A stretch of 64,000 bases of DNA, taken from positions 69,006,001-69,070,000 of the forward strand of contig OX597824.1 in the NCBI GenBank assembly GCA_951406725.2, read 5' to 3'. The notes beneath the pieces are model-generated. The model made no database searches. It was not told where the DNA came from and was given only the letters and a program-made list of their open reading frames with translations. This stretch comes from Octopus vulgaris. Taxonomy: Eukaryota. Positions 1 to 14,114 of the stretch are shown one piece after another; position 1 is the stretch's first letter; the number at the start of each line of letters is the position of its first letter. The position numbers and the translations under genes are program-made.

Positions 1-472
1 CGATAACAAAGGAGATTTACCGCGAGCAGCTTGAGCGCCTTAAGTCAGCATTAGAAGAAAAACGACCATCTTTGGTTTCAAGTTGAAAGGTGTTCTTACA
101 TCAGGATAATGCTCCACCACATACAGCGAGGATGACATTCCAAAGGCTGGAGCAGTTTGAATGGGAAACGATGCCCCACCCACCATATTCGCCGGACATT
201 GCCCCATCTGATTATCATTTATTCCGCAGTCTTCAAAATCATTTGGACGGAAAAAATATGAATTCTGTAGACGAGGTCAGAACAGTACTGGAGGAGTATT
301 TTTCGTCACGGACAAGTGAATTTTGGAAGAGGGGCCTTGCAAGTCTACCAGATAGATGGAAGAGCATTGTAGAAAATGAAGGAGAGTATATATTAGATGA
401 ACTTTGTTCATCTTAATTTTGAGAAATAAAAGAAGTATTCAAAAACCGCATTATTTATGGGATGATCCAATA
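1..472 (+). mobile_element. Mariner (DD34D) transposon, 3' part including right TIR; transposase pseudogene
   Basis: Frame from position 3 reads ITKEIYREQLERLKSALEEKRPSLVSS*KVFLHQDNAPPH...HPPYSPDIAPSDYHLF...GEYILDE. These are the mariner HDNA and YSPDLAPSD motifs, with a premature TGA at 84-86. Right TIR ATTATTTATGGGATGATCCAA (450-470) is followed by TA. Same family as 41108-42028. Confidence 0.93.
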
Positions 473-575
473 TATACACATATATAAATCTTTCTCTCTC
501 TCTTCCTCTCTTTCTCTTATTCTCTCCCTCTCCCCCCCCTCTCTCTCTCTCTACACACACACATATATATATACA

Positions 576-790
576 GTGGTTTCAAATTTTGGCACGAGCC
601 CACCAATTAGGGGGGAAAAGTAAGTCGATTACATTGACCCCAGTGCTCATATGGTAATTATTTTACAGACCTAGAAAGGATGGAAGGCAAAGCCGGCTCC
701 GGCAGTAATTGAACTCAGAACGTGAGGACGGACGAACTGCCGCTATACATTTTGTTCGGCGTGTTAACGATTCCGCTACCTCACCGCCGT
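576..790 (-). mobile_element. tRNA-derived SINE, family B (Meta/beta-domain-like body), decayed
   Basis: Reverse complement aligns to the well-preserved copies at 45031-45236 and 60958-61188 (GGCGGYGAGCTGGCAGAATCGTT...GAGTTCAAAT...GCCTTTCATCCTTTCGGGGTCGATAAA). Confidence 0.8.
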
Positions 791-1239
791 TATATAGTAA
801 TATATATTACCAATATATGACACGCTCCTTTTATATATACATGTAATATATAATATAATATATATATGTGTGTGTGTATGTGTGTATGTATGTTTGCATG
901 TATGTATGTATATTTGAGTATGTATATATATTTATATATATATATAGCAAGAAAGAAAGAAGGGGAGAGAGGTAATGAACAGTCTTGGTACAAAAATTAA
1001 ATTTTACTATTTTTCTAAATATGATTTAATAGAGAGATAAAAGTTAATTATCTACAAGATATTTGCTAGTGACATCGTTAATTAGTCTATATTACGTTTT
1101 ATGATGTATGGATGACAAAATATTATTTCATAATTTCTTCTTCTATTAGACATTTCTGTTACTGTAAGTTTCCATCACTAATTCATCAATAAATTTATAG
1201 AATTTTCATCAGAAAAACAAGAATAAAATTGCTGTTTTA

Positions 1240-2220
1240 TGTGACACTGGAGTCGCGTTCAGAAAGGCGCCAACACCGTTAAATATATATATCCTTAGCT
1301 ACTGCTGGGGAAGTTCTGTTACGATTTCTTCTGATAAGTGGATATAAGCGATCGGATAGGCCTTTCGTCACGATTTATCGTTATCTTATTGTAATCCTTA
1401 GTTTGCATTAAAAAGTTGGGTGCAAGGACATGTACCAGAAATAGTAAAATGGTTCCAATTTGCTTCCAAATTGTGCAACAAAACAAAGCGAAGAAAACAT
1501 TCAAAGAATACATCCTGAATCGTCTTTAATGTTGCAGGAATCATAATTTGAACTAAGGAAGATTTACTTAAAGTCATGGTTAGTGATAAAAAGTAATTTA
1601 CATATAATATACTTTACATTCATTGTCAATCAAGGTGAAAGCATAATCCCAACCAATGACCATCCGTTAGATTATGGTAAGAGCTTTTCTTCTGCAAAGA
1701 GAAGGGTATTTGGTTAATACCTCAAAATATGTACATAAACTCTAAATCGTCATGTGTTTCATACTAAAAGTGTAAACACTTACGAGCTTTGATTCATTGT
1801 TGCATCAGCTGCATACAGCGACTTTTTTTACAGCCCGGCAAGCTTTTCACAATACCAGTGAATATACTGGATAGATAACGATGCTCATCCCGTAGCCTTG
1901 ATCGTAAAGAACATGAACAGGATCATATAGAAAAGAAAATTGCTTCTTATAAATACTAATATCGGATTTAAAAGAAAAGGTACTGAAGGTTTGGACGAAG
2001 GAGATAGCCACAAATTAATTCAAGATTTGTTCGAAAGTAATCAAACAGCTTTGATGTAGTATTAAAGGCAAAGTGAAATAATGTTATGTACTGAGGAATA
2101 TAACATTAATATTTGTAAATTTGTTAACAATTTTCAGTGTATCTGCTTGTTTTATTATAATATACATTCCTTCTTTTTCAGCATCAAAACGTTTATCCTT
2201 GCATTCAGACTCTTGACGAC
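1240..2220 (+). mobile_element. Highly decayed Tc1-like transposase remnant
   Basis: Frameshifted fragments PTNDHP..IMV / GIWLIPQNMYINS / SDLKEKVLKVWTKEI / FDVVLKAK follow the Tc1 order PTVKH-VMVWG-GxGxL...LK..I..VW..I...AVIKAKG. Boundaries are approximate. Confidence 0.55.
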
Positions 2221-2465
2221 AATTGGATGTATGTATGTATGTATGTATGTATGTATGTATGTATGTATGTATGTATGTATGTATGTATGTATGTATGTAT
2301 GTATGCATGTATGTACGTATATATGTATGTATGTATATATGTATGCATGTATGTATGCATGTATGCATGTGTATGTATGTTTATATGTATATGTGTATCT
2401 GCATATATGTAAGTATATATGTGCATATGCATGCATGCGTGTATATATGAATATACGTACGTATG

Positions 2466-3245
2466 TATACTAGGAGGTACCCAAAAGTAATCGGAAACGT
2501 TCTCTGTGGGACAAGCCCGTTGTGCTTCAGGCTTCCGCCACTTGATGTGATCCTCAGGCATCAGTATGTAGACCGGCGTCATCGTGTGCAGTCGTACTGC
2601 CACGTGGTGCATCGGTGATTTGCAGTGCTTCTACCCTGTTCATCGATTTTTGCGATGGCTGAAACAATGGAACAGCGTGCTTCCATGAAATTGTGTTTTC
2701 TGCTGGGGAAGACGGCTACCAAAATTGCCGCCGTGCTTCAAACAGCTTATTCAAGTTTACGAGTGGTTTCTACGTTTCAGAAATGGCCACTTGTCGCTTG
2801 AAGACGAACCTCGTTCAGGGCGTTGACCTCCAGAACGAACGAGAACATCAAGAAAATTCATGAACTGTTCTTGGAAGACCATCACCTAAGAGTTGACGAA
2901 CTTGTTGATATGAGTGGTGTTTCCTGGAGCTCCTGCCAACGAATTTTGATCGAGGAATTGTGAATGAAAAGAGTTGCAGCAAAATCTGTCTCGCTTGCTC
3001 ACAGAATATCAAAAGCAGTCACTGGCACCGAAAGTTGGTGCTACAGAATTTGCAAATGTGGAAGAAGTGAAGAAAAGAACGACAGAGGCGTTAAAGGCAA
3101 GAGATCTGCTACTGCTTCGAACAGTGGAAAACGCGTCTGGACCGATGCATTGCTTCAAATGGAGACTACTTTAAAGGCGATAAAAGAGTAAACATGTAAA
3201 ACCAAGTGAATAAAATGACATTGCAAAACTCCGGTTTCTTTTGTA
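2466..3245 (+). mobile_element. Internally deleted mariner-like element
   Basis: Translation EQRASMKLCFLLGKTAT...QVYEWFLRFRNGHLSLEDEPRSGR is the mariner HTH region, then MKRVAAK, then the C-terminal ...RWKTRLDRCIASNGDYF. TIR-like ends CAAAAGTAATCGGA and TCCGGTTTCTTTTG. Confidence 0.85.
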
Positions 3246-3589
3246 TGTTTGCACCTGTTCTTTTGTTCTTTTATCATCCATTAGACTGTGGCCATGCTGG
3301 AGCACATCCTCGAAGGGTTTGGTCGAACAAATCGACTGCACTACTTCTTTTAAACTTTTGTAATTATTCTATCTTTGTCTCTTGACCAAGAGCTCAGTTG
3401 GTGGGGGGAAGGGAGCCACAGGAAGCAACGACGATTGTCGAACAGTGAGAAGCAAACACACACACATACACACACACACATACACTCACACACATACACT
3501 CAAACACACTCACACTGACAAATACGCACACACGTGCACACGTGCGCGCGCGCACACACGCACAAACATACACATACATATACACATTC

Positions 3590-3790
3590 TAATTTTGGCA
3601 CAATGCCATCAAAGTTAGAGTTAAAAGGAAGTGTATTATATTTACTTCAGTGTTTGACTGGTACCTTATTTTATCGGTCCTGAAAGGATAAACGGCAAAG
3701 TCATCCATAGCAGAATCTGAATTCAGAACGAAAACGCCGGTGAATATGCTGCTGAGCATTTTCTCCGATATGCTAACGATTCTGCAACCT
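3590..3790 (-). mobile_element. SINE family B copy, decayed
   Basis: TTTTGGCACAA...TGGTACCTTATTTTATCG...GAAAGGATAAACGGCAAAGTC...TGCTAACGATTCTGC matches the reverse complement of the family B consensus. Confidence 0.7.
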
Positions 3791-3845
3791 TACCCTCTAT
3801 GTATGTATGTATGTATGTATGTATGTATGTATGTATGTATGTATG

Positions 3846-3948
<103 letters not shown>

Positions 3949-3970
3949 TTATCTATCTATCTATAATATA

Positions 3971-4003
<33 letters not shown>

Positions 4004-4047
4004 CAAGATAAGAAAATGGAGAAGCATTTACAACCCCTATCTCAATT

Positions 4048-4086
<39 letters not shown>

Positions 4087-4151
4087 TTACGTACGTGCGT
4101 ATGTACGTACGTGCGTATGTACGTACGTGCGTATGTACGTACATACATGTG

Positions 4152-4182
<31 letters not shown>

Positions 4183-4702
4183 ATATGTATGTATTTATAT
4201 ACAGGCATCCTCGCAGTTTCTATCTTTCAAATTCACTCACCCGATAAACGGTCAACGTAGGGCTTTAGAAGGAAACTGGACTGAATTTGGAACGCGTTTT
4301 TATTATTCTTGTAGCTTTGCAGTTATCTAAATCCCAAGGAATCCTACACTTGCAAATATATATTAGAGGAAACGCAAAGCGCACTTTTATCCTAAATAGC
4401 CATATACATACATACATATATATACATATATATATACATACATATATATATATATATATACATACATATATATATATGTGTGTGTGTTTACATCACCTCT
4501 TAAATCTTAAATCTTCCTTCTTAACACGCCAATGTATATAGTAACTCACTTTACATCTAAATATTTCTTCCTATCTCAAGTTTATCTTTATCCACTATCT
4601 CTTCGTTAATTCTTTTCTCTCTGTCTATGACGCCTTTATACATTCGACTTTCAGTTTTTGTTTTTAGTTTTATGCACATTATCATTATTATTATTATCAT
4701 CA

Positions 4703-4763
<61 letters not shown>

Positions 4764-5280
4764 CATTATCATGCATTCGCTAAATCTTTAATCGTCGTCC
4801 GACTCACACGAGCACTCTATACAAACTCAAATTTCAAATGATGATAAACTCGCTTTTACATCGTAACGAGTCATTTAAAAGTACCTGACTTTTCCTCAGC
4901 CTCCATCTTGTTTCCAATTCCTCTTTATATATTCCTCTATATAAATTCCTCTTTATATATGTATGTATATAAAAATACATACATATACAGACATATGTGT
5001 ATATGTGAGTGCGTGTGAGTTTGTGTGTGTGGCAAACACTTATAAAGTGAAGAAATTCATACGATGATAAACGTTCTTTGTTACACTTATTTCGTTCCTA
5101 ACTTTTACCATTCCAGTTCTTTTACTGTCTTACTTCCATTCTTTCTCCTTACCCTTCTGTTCTTCCTTACATTCAACATTTCATTCTTCCATTTATTTTT
5201 CCATTTAATATGTTTTATTTCTTCCAAACTGAAAAGAAAAATACAATAGGTAAAAAGAAATAAAACAAGAACATATATAT

Positions 5281-5311
<31 letters not shown>

Positions 5312-5321
5312 CATACATACA

Positions 5322-5396
<75 letters not shown>

Positions 5397-5479
5397 GCAT
5401 ATATAAAGTATCACAAACAACAAAGGAAGACAAAGCAACGAAATATAGCGGAGCTTATAAAAACCACAGCAACAACGAC

Positions 5480-5560
<81 letters not shown>

Positions 5561-5630
5561 TATAATAATAATAATAATAATAATAATAATTATAATAATA
5601 ATAATAATAATGATAATAATAACAATAATG

Positions 5631-5706
<76 letters not shown>

Positions 5707-6095
5707 TAAAGTGATTTAAATCATCAGAAACACAGTAAAACCGGAGTGATAAACAGAACATTTTGTAGAGTAGAGCATTTTATTTGATTTTATTAAGACG
5801 AATGGTAGAAAGAGTGGGTAGATCATTTATCTAGGGTATTGTTTTTGTTTCGTTTTGGGGTTTTGTTCGTTTGCTTGTTTTCCATAGCAAAGTAAAGCTG
5901 TCTAAAAGAAGCTGTCAGGATCACGCCATCTTTCGGCTAAGTTGCGTTGCAAAAATAAGCGAGCTTTTCACACCTTGGAGGAAGATAAACAGCAGCAGAT
6001 CTGGATTATGAACAACCATTAAGATATACAGACGGACAGACTGTCAGAAAGATAAAAATACAGAGGGAGAAAGTGAAAGAGAGAAAAAGGCGGGG

Positions 6096-6165
<70 letters not shown>

Positions 6166-6628
6166 TAGATGGTACAGGGGGAAAAGGAGAGAGAAATGGG
6201 GATATTGAAAACACTAAAAACATTTGCTCTTAAAGACAACTACAAGCACACTGAAAGGTGCGGATGCATAGGAAATGTTTTTTACACTCGTTTTCTCATT
6301 GTTTTTCAGGTGTCTTTCACTGTTCTGTTCATGTTGTTTCGTTATCCCGTTAATTACATTTCAGATATCTAATTGTCATAATTAAAGTTATATACATACA
6401 CCCAAAACATAGATGCATACATACATACATATATACATACACACATACAAGCAAACATGCATACATACACACATACATACATGCGTAGATACTTACATGC
6501 ATGCATACATACATAGATACATACCTGCATACACACATACATGCATACATACATACATACATGCGTAGATGCATACATATATACATACATACATGCATAC
6601 ATACATACATATATACGCACATACATAC

Positions 6629-6659
<31 letters not shown>

Positions 6660-6910
6660 CATACGTACGTACATACATACATACATACATACATAGATAC
6701 ACACATACATACATACATACATACATACATACATGCATACATACATATATACGCACGCACATACATACATACATACATACATACATACTTACATACATGC
6801 ATACATACATGCATACATAGTTTGTGTGTGCGAGTGTGTGCGTTTGTGTTTGTATGTGTGTATATATATTGTTGTTTGTAGGCTTGTGGTTGGTGTTGTT
6901 GTTGTTGTCT

Positions 6911-6946
<36 letters not shown>

Positions 6947-7509
6947 TTGTTGTTGTTGTTGTTGCTATTATTAATGTTCATGTGTTTATAGAATCAACAA
7001 AATTTCTTGTCACTCTCGTTTTTGTCGTTGCATTACGATTATTTTCAGTGTTGTTGCTGTTGCTTCTGTTGTTGTTGTTGTGTTGGTGTTTGAATTGATG
7101 GCGTTTTGCGTGTGTTATAGGTTAATGGCGCTAGGTGTCGCTAGTCGTAGTGACGGTGGTGTTAGTAGCGCGGTACGAAGTGACGACTCGAAGATAACAA
7201 AATTAAAATATGGACACGAAAATAAACATTCCGCATTAAGTATTGAGTTCTTTCAACAATTAATGCTTTACTATATTTGATATTTTACATATGAAACTAA
7301 TTGCAAATATATTTATATGTGCGAGCGCATATGTGTGTGTGTGTAGGCGCGTGTGTTCGGGATACACACACAAACACACACACATACAGATATATATATT
7401 TAAAATAGCATCAACCCTTTTCGTTTATTCATATTATTTCTTACTTTTTCTTTTCTTACTGGCCCTCCTGTGATATATATAATAATTATTTGAGGGAATA
7501 TTGATCCTA

Positions 7510-7574
<65 letters not shown>

Positions 7575-7597
7575 GTATATATATATATATATGTATG

Positions 7598-7632
<35 letters not shown>

Positions 7633-8331
7633 CCGGCCGACACTGTAAAGATGATCTGGAACTCGACTGATGATAGGAAGATCCGTATGACCCGTCCTTG
7701 TTTTTTCCTGTCCTTTTTTGTTTGGTCTAACTGTCCGGATCATCTGTTGTCGCCTGTTCCGTTCGTGTTCCATTTTTGTTTTATATATATATATATATAT
7801 ATATAGATACACATATATAAATACATATACACACATATATATTACTAGCTGTAACTCCTGTTTTTATGCATCATTATATCAACCTATCTATATAGTTATC
7901 TTCCCATCTATCATTTTCTATCTTATTTGTTTAATAACGATATTTCTGTCGTTTCCATTAAACATGAGTTTATTCTTGTTGTTCCCGCTTTTTTCGGCTT
8001 GATTCGTGAAATCTTGTTCTCCTATTCTCTCCTTCCAAAACCTTGCCTACTCTCACACACATTAGAATCCACAACCACAACCACACCGGCACACCCATTC
8101 CGCGAAGGCTCTAACCATCAACACATGCTTTTAACACCTATAAAATTCTTCCAAATTTATGTATATATATGAGTGTATATATATATATATATGTGTGTGT
8201 GTAGGGGAAGAATGTGTTTGTCTGTGTATGCACATATGTATTTATAGTCTTTCTATAATAAGCACACATGCGAAAACTTTATATCATTTCTACGTAACTT
8301 TCTCTCTTCTTTTCTATCACGCATCCACTCT

Positions 8332-8365
<34 letters not shown>

Positions 8366-8545
8366 TTTTTACATTTCATGTAAATGTATCTTTGTATAAA
8401 AGTGACTTCATGGAGTATTCTCGATCTCTGCTACTGCGGCAGCCGTTGATTATTATTATGATGATGATGATGATGATGATGATGACAACGACGATGACAA
8501 GGATGATGATGATGATTATTATGATAATTATGCTGCTGCTGTAGT

Positions 8546-8615
<70 letters not shown>

Positions 8616-8815
8616 GATGGTGAAGACGATGACGATGACGAAGAACGACGAAGACGATGATGATGATGACTATTGTGATGATAATATCGACGACAACGAT
8701 GACGATGTCGATGACGATCATGACGATGGTGATGACGACGAAGATGATGGTGACGATGACGATGATTATGACGTCAATGATGATGGTGCTGATGATGAAG
8801 ATGATGATGAGGGTG

Positions 8816-8857
<42 letters not shown>

Positions 8858-10401
8858 CTGATGATGATGATGATGATGACGATGATGCCGACGACGACGA
8901 TGATGATGATGATGATGATAACATTTAATTTTCCAGCAATTTCTAACACATCTCTAATCGACATGTCTCACAACTTTCAATCACTTCTGCCAAACAACCC
9001 ACCAGGCGTCGATAGAACACCAAAACCTGTTAAGGTCTTGGTTTTACGGTTCTTTCCCCAAAACAAACAAGTTCTCTTTCTCTTATTTTGAGTCTGTGTG
9101 TGTGTATGCTGTTGTTTTATGAGTTTACCAAAGGCTTGAGTGGCTGAAAAGAGATGGGAGCTTTGGACAGATATAATATATTTTCATTTTTTTCCATGGA
9201 GAGTTTTACGAAAAAAACAAAACATGAAGACAGGTGGTGTACAAAACAAACAGATGTATTAGTATAACACTCAGGAATAGAATATGTATGTGTGTATGTG
9301 TATGTGTGTGTGTGTGTGAGTGAGTGTGTGTGGTGAAAGTGATTGGGGGTGAGGTAGACAGGATACCACTTCCCGAATTAGTCTTTATGTATATGCAAAT
9401 ACATACCCACATACATACATGCATACATACATACATGCCTACGTACGTACATGCATGCGTACATACATACAGATTTATATATATATATATATAGATAGAT
9501 ATAGATATAGATATAGATAGATAGATATATATATAGATATATATGCATGTATGTGTGTACGTGTATGTGCGTATGTATGTATATATATATATATATATGT
9601 ATCTATATGTATGTATATATGTGTGTGTGTATGTATATATATATTTATATGTATATATATATATATTTTTTGTATGTTTATGTACGTATATATTGTATAT
9701 ATAAGCTAACTTATTTGTTTCGATGTAATATAAAAGTCCATAGAAACGTCCAATTGTTTTTGTTTTTGTTTTATTGTTCTATTCTGATCTCGAATATTTT
9801 TTTATTTTCTTTTGTGTAACTGTGTCTTATTATCGGTTTATTCCATTTCATTTGATTTTATTCGTTTTTTTTATTCCTTATTCTTTTATCCTTTTTTATT
9901 GTATTATATGTTTTTTATGGTCATGTATCGCTTATATGAGAAAGATTCTTGCATTCTGTGTCAGTTCATTCATTATGGAGACAGATGGAATGCTACACTA
10001 ACTAAAATGTATTTTTATAGAAGTAAGCGAAACGCCAAGTCAAAATCGAGGCACTTTTTTGAAAAGTTATTTGAAGACATGCATCTGTACTTATAATGCA
10101 TTACAATTGATAGTACAGCATCTCAGCCGTAAGGTAAGGCTGCGTGATTAATCGATATGATTGCAGTCGAAGTGGTTCTGAATAAAGAGTCACGTGAGTT
10201 TAAATTGCTGTCTCTCATTCTTTTCAAATAAACTCTACAGACACAAAGGGATTCCTGAAGGGAACCCAGTGGCATATACTGCCATACTGTTGTTGACATC
10301 AGGTAGCCGATTACTGTGGGGGGAGCTTTAAACAGCATACCACAATGTATCAATCCGTTTATGATATTATTACAATATATATATATATATATATATATTT
10401 A

Positions 10402-11259
10402 TCTGTACTATTGCCAAAGTCACCAAACTAAAGCACACAGAGTGAAATCGCTTGGCACAGATTGACCTTGAACACTACTCTGCATACGCACTAGGTTTTA
10501 ACGTTCTAACTCACTTCCGCTCTGTACAGAAGTGCTTGGAAGGAAGGTGTGTAGCGTGTGATAGTCGTATTGACAATGACAGAGAAAGGTGTCATGGCGA
10601 TACCTGGTCAGAGGCCGATGCAATGTTGCAGAAAGGGTATAGAGACGAGTGTATGAACTGCACACAAGTGTACGAGTGGTTTAGACGTTTCCAGGATGGC
10701 GGAAAATTGGCGATTTTGACGAACATACTCGGAGACCCGCAACCAGTAGAACTGAGAAAAATATCGCAGATGTTTGTTCAACTGTGAGGGGAAATCGTCG
10801 AATCACCATCCGTGAGTTATCAGAGGATGTACAGATTAGTTACGGTTCAGTTCAGTCCATTATCATTGAAGATCTGGGTATGAGACGCCTGTCTACCAAG
10901 TTTGTGCCAAAACTGCTGTCAGCTGACCAAAACACACTCGGTTGCACAAGATCTTGATTGGGTTGAGAATAATGAAAACTTTTTGAAAACTTCGCGTAGG
11001 CTTCTGAGTAGGTATCGTCTAGCTTTTGGCAAAATTTGATGCAGATTCTCTGCTCAACTTTTGCTGTCATGATCACTATGACGATCACATGCTACACACC
11101 TTCCTTCCAAACAATGCTGTAAGCAGTGGAAGTAAGTTAGATGGTTAAAACTTAGTGCATATATACAACAAAGTTCAAGGTCAATCTGTGCCAAGCGGTT
11201 TCGTCCTTTAGCATTGTTAGTATGGCAATAGCCCTGATACTTATTGATCAGACCTCGTA
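10402..11259. mobile_element. Mariner-derived foldback MITE (two 5' ends in inverted orientation)
   Basis: 10405-10590 is the reverse complement of ~11055-11232. The plus strand encodes mariner N-terminal peptide (QVYEWFRRFQDG...RITIRELSEDVQISYGSVQSIIIEDLGMRRLSTKFVPKLLS); the minus strand encodes MTAKVEQRICIKFCQKL. TIR TACGAGGTCTGATCAATAAGTATC ends at 11259. Confidence 0.85.
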
Positions 11260-11790
11260 TACACAAACACAGACACATACAGATATATTATATGCCTATG
11301 TGTATTCATATGTAACAGTTTTATCATCAGAAGCAAATGGATGTTCTCAATATTTGATGTAGAGTATATCATTTATCAAAACTGAAGTAATTTTCTCACG
11401 AGTCACGTTTCAGACCCATGCGATCTTCAGTCGAGTGTAGAAGTGTTAAACGAGATTCGCATAAAAAATATAATTCAGTTTAATACATACATACATACAT
11501 ACATACATACATACATACATACATACATGCATAGATGCACACACACACACACACACAGTGATACATGCAGCGATACATTTATAAATATATATTTATAAAT
11601 GCGCGTTGATAAATAGGTATATACATGCATGTAACCGTGCTTGTAACTATGAATGCATATATTTTAGCATGCTTATACACACACATACATATATGCATAT
11701 GTATGTATATGTATGTATACATATACATATATCATTAATAACATACACATATATGTGGGTATATATATATATATATATATACACATATAT

Positions 11791-11947
<157 letters not shown>

Positions 11948-12003
11948 TGACAGCAAAAGAATGAGACCCCACTATTTCGCTATTATGTAAATAGAGGAAT
12001 TTC

Positions 12004-12046
<43 letters not shown>

Positions 12047-12051
12047 ATGCA

Positions 12052-12123
<72 letters not shown>

Positions 12124-12559
12124 TATACGTGTGTGAGTGTATGTGTGTATTTATGCTTGTGCGTACATATGTGTAAATAGGTACGAGTATATATGGGATG
12201 AGCAAATACGGGTTTCCGTGCGATCTGTGTATAACAAATACATTGGTCAGCTTGAGAATTATAGTACAATGAAATCATATATAATTAATGAAACCAAATT
12301 TTATCTATTTCTGGAGGGCTGAGATGATGTAATGTCCATACTTTACTTCCGTAAAAATCATTAGCGACGTAAGGAGAAATTCACAACCTTTATATATTTA
12401 ACCGAGAATCAAAAATGCATTGTACTCGTTGACGCTATTAAAATATCTTATCCCTTCAGCTGTATATAGGCGACAGTAATAATCAAAAGCAGAAAAGGCA
12501 TTTCCTGAGCTATATAGACTTATAAGGGTAGTTTTCAGGATTCTGTGACGTAAATATCT

Positions 12560-12680
12560 CCAACCCCGGACATAACGTCGATCCATCGTAGGAATACTCA
12601 ATATGCAGTAGACTGGAAATACATGAAATGAAGAAGTTTTCCTCGGGAACACAACGCATCGCCCGGTACAGAAAGTAAAG
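12560..12680 (-). mobile_element. Old CORE/V-type SINE fragment (family D)
   Basis: Reverse complement GATGCGTTGTGTTCCCGAGGAAAACTTCTTCATTTCATG...CCTACGATGGATCGACGTTATGTCCGGGG aligns with 34420-34530. Confidence 0.55.
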
Positions 12681-12691
12681 ATAATAATAAT

Positions 12692-13079
12692 AATGGTTAC
12701 AAATTATGGCACAAGACCAGTAATTTGGGGCGAGGGGTTAATTCGGTGCCACTACTTGACTGGTGCTTATTTTATCGACCTCAGAATGAAGAGAGGTAAA
12801 GTCGACCTGAGCGGAATTTGAACTCAGAACGTAAAGACAGACGAAATACCTATTTCTTTACTACCCACAAGGGGCTAAATACAGAGAGGACAAACAAGGA
12901 CAGCAATTTGGGGCGAGGGGATAAGTCGATTACATCGACCACAGTACTTGACTGGTGGTTATTTTATCGACGTCGGAATGATGAAAGGTAAAGTCGAACT
13001 GGGCGGAAAATTGAACTCAGAACGTAGCGGCAGACGAAATGCGGCTCAGCATTTTGCCCGGCGTGCTAACGATTCTGCC
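12692..13079 (-). mobile_element. Tandem/chimeric pair of SINE family B copies
   Basis: Two successive AATTTGGGGCGAGGGG...TTATTTTATCGAC...GGTAAAGTCGA...TGAACTCAGAACGTA units. They are separated by the alternative tail TATTTCTTTACTACCCACAAGGGGCTAAA, also seen at 61150-61188. Confidence 0.8.
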
Positions 13080-13084
13080 TAACA

Positions 13085-13303
13085 ACTATGAAGAAAAAGA
13101 AGAACAACAAAAGAACAACGAAAGCTGTAAAACAACTGAAATGCAAACTAAAACTGGAACAGCAACGGATCATGATAAAACGATAGCAAGAAAAGCCCCT
13201 TCGTGGCAAATGTTGCAGAAAAGAAAATAGACAAAGCAAAATCCCAACAATGGCTGAGAAACTCAGGGCTCAAAACAGAAACTGAAAGGACTTTAATTGC
13301 AGC
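13085..13303 (+). mobile_element. R4/Dong-clade non-LTR retrotransposon fragment (post-RT region)
   Basis: Reads ..QEKPLRGK..IDKAKSQQWLRNSGLKTETE..LIAA, matching the R4/Dong-type 'KxLHG...W.WL..G.LK.ETE..IIAAQ' motif. Confidence 0.7.
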
Positions 13304-13376
13304 GTGCTAACGATTCTACCAGCTCACCGTCTTACATATAATAATAACAATAATAATAATATTAATAATAATAATA

Positions 13377-13427
<51 letters not shown>

Positions 13428-14114
13428 GATGGGCCACTGCAAATATTTTGCTCAATACCACAGATTTGCTTTTCAGTTGTTAGACCTTAACCAGTTAATC
13501 ATGTCCCTTAGTGGCTGACGATAGGTGCATCTCTGATAACGAGCAGAAGTAGTGGGGGAGCATCATAGCCATGTGTTGAGAGGGATTCTTTGGGGTTTGG
13601 ATAATTCACCCCTGGAAACATGGGTGTTTCGTTCAACATCCTTAAACAACCCTTATTTAGGAACCTTTTGAGCGGGATGAGTTACTCGACCTGAGGAAAA
13701 TTCTAACTGGGTCCCACTTGCAAGGTCATGAACTGTTTATCTTGATATGAGATCACCATGTTGTTGTTGTTGTTGTTGATGTTGTTTTTAAGCAACAAGA
13801 CGGGTAAGAGTGATTACGTGATGGTCTTGGGATTAGGGGTGGGAAACCCCAGACCATGGAAAAAAAACTTTGGTTGTCTTGTAGTCGAGGGCTTTCGTTG
13901 ACTCCCGACACTACTGGGAGGTGGCCCTCGAAGTCGCTGGAAATGGAGATCTCCAACTCTAAATTCTTGGACTGCAGATCACCATGTCACGCACATATGG
14001 GTGTGATGCATGTACCTAGTGTACTCTTATCAGATGGGTAGTCATGATGGGTATACTGGGCTTCGTATATTTTACCCCAGTGTCACTTTGATGGCTTGCA
14101 ATGTTCTCTCACTC
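13428..14114 (-). mobile_element. Non-coding interspersed element inserted in a (TAA)n tract, interrupted by a younger insertion
   Basis: Complex, GC-richer sequence bounded on both sides by AAT/TAA repeats. It is continuous across the duplicated AGATCACCATGT. Strand and family assignment are tentative. Confidence 0.5.
13762..13975 (-). mobile_element. 5'-truncated retroposon 3' end with (CAA)n tail and 12-bp TSD
   Basis: Perfect direct repeat AGATCACCATGT at 13750-13761 and 13976-13987. A (TGT)n tail sits at the left end. Confidence 0.8.

Noticed and set aside
90-416. SETMAR-like domesticated transposase gene
   Set aside because: An in-frame stop at 84-86, an adjacent TIR and a sibling copy at 41 kb indicate an ordinary dead mariner.
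4838-4888. C/D snoRNA-like ATGATGA...CTGA
   Set aside because: Only ~50 nt, with no terminal stem or recognisable rRNA guide.
8431-9091. Poly-Met/Asp/His ORFs (also 37509-37946 and 52006-53069)
   Set aside because: These are translations of degenerate (GAT/GAC)n tracts, with no splice context or domain.
10239-10302. Possible small exon (ctacag|...|gtagcc)
   Set aside because: The donor site is weak, the peptide is unrecognisable and no partner exons were found.
11393-11440. Hammerhead-like CUGAAGA...GAAACGU on the minus strand
   Set aside because: Core and stem II registers are incompatible and the site would be GUG (non-cleavable). Too decayed to call.
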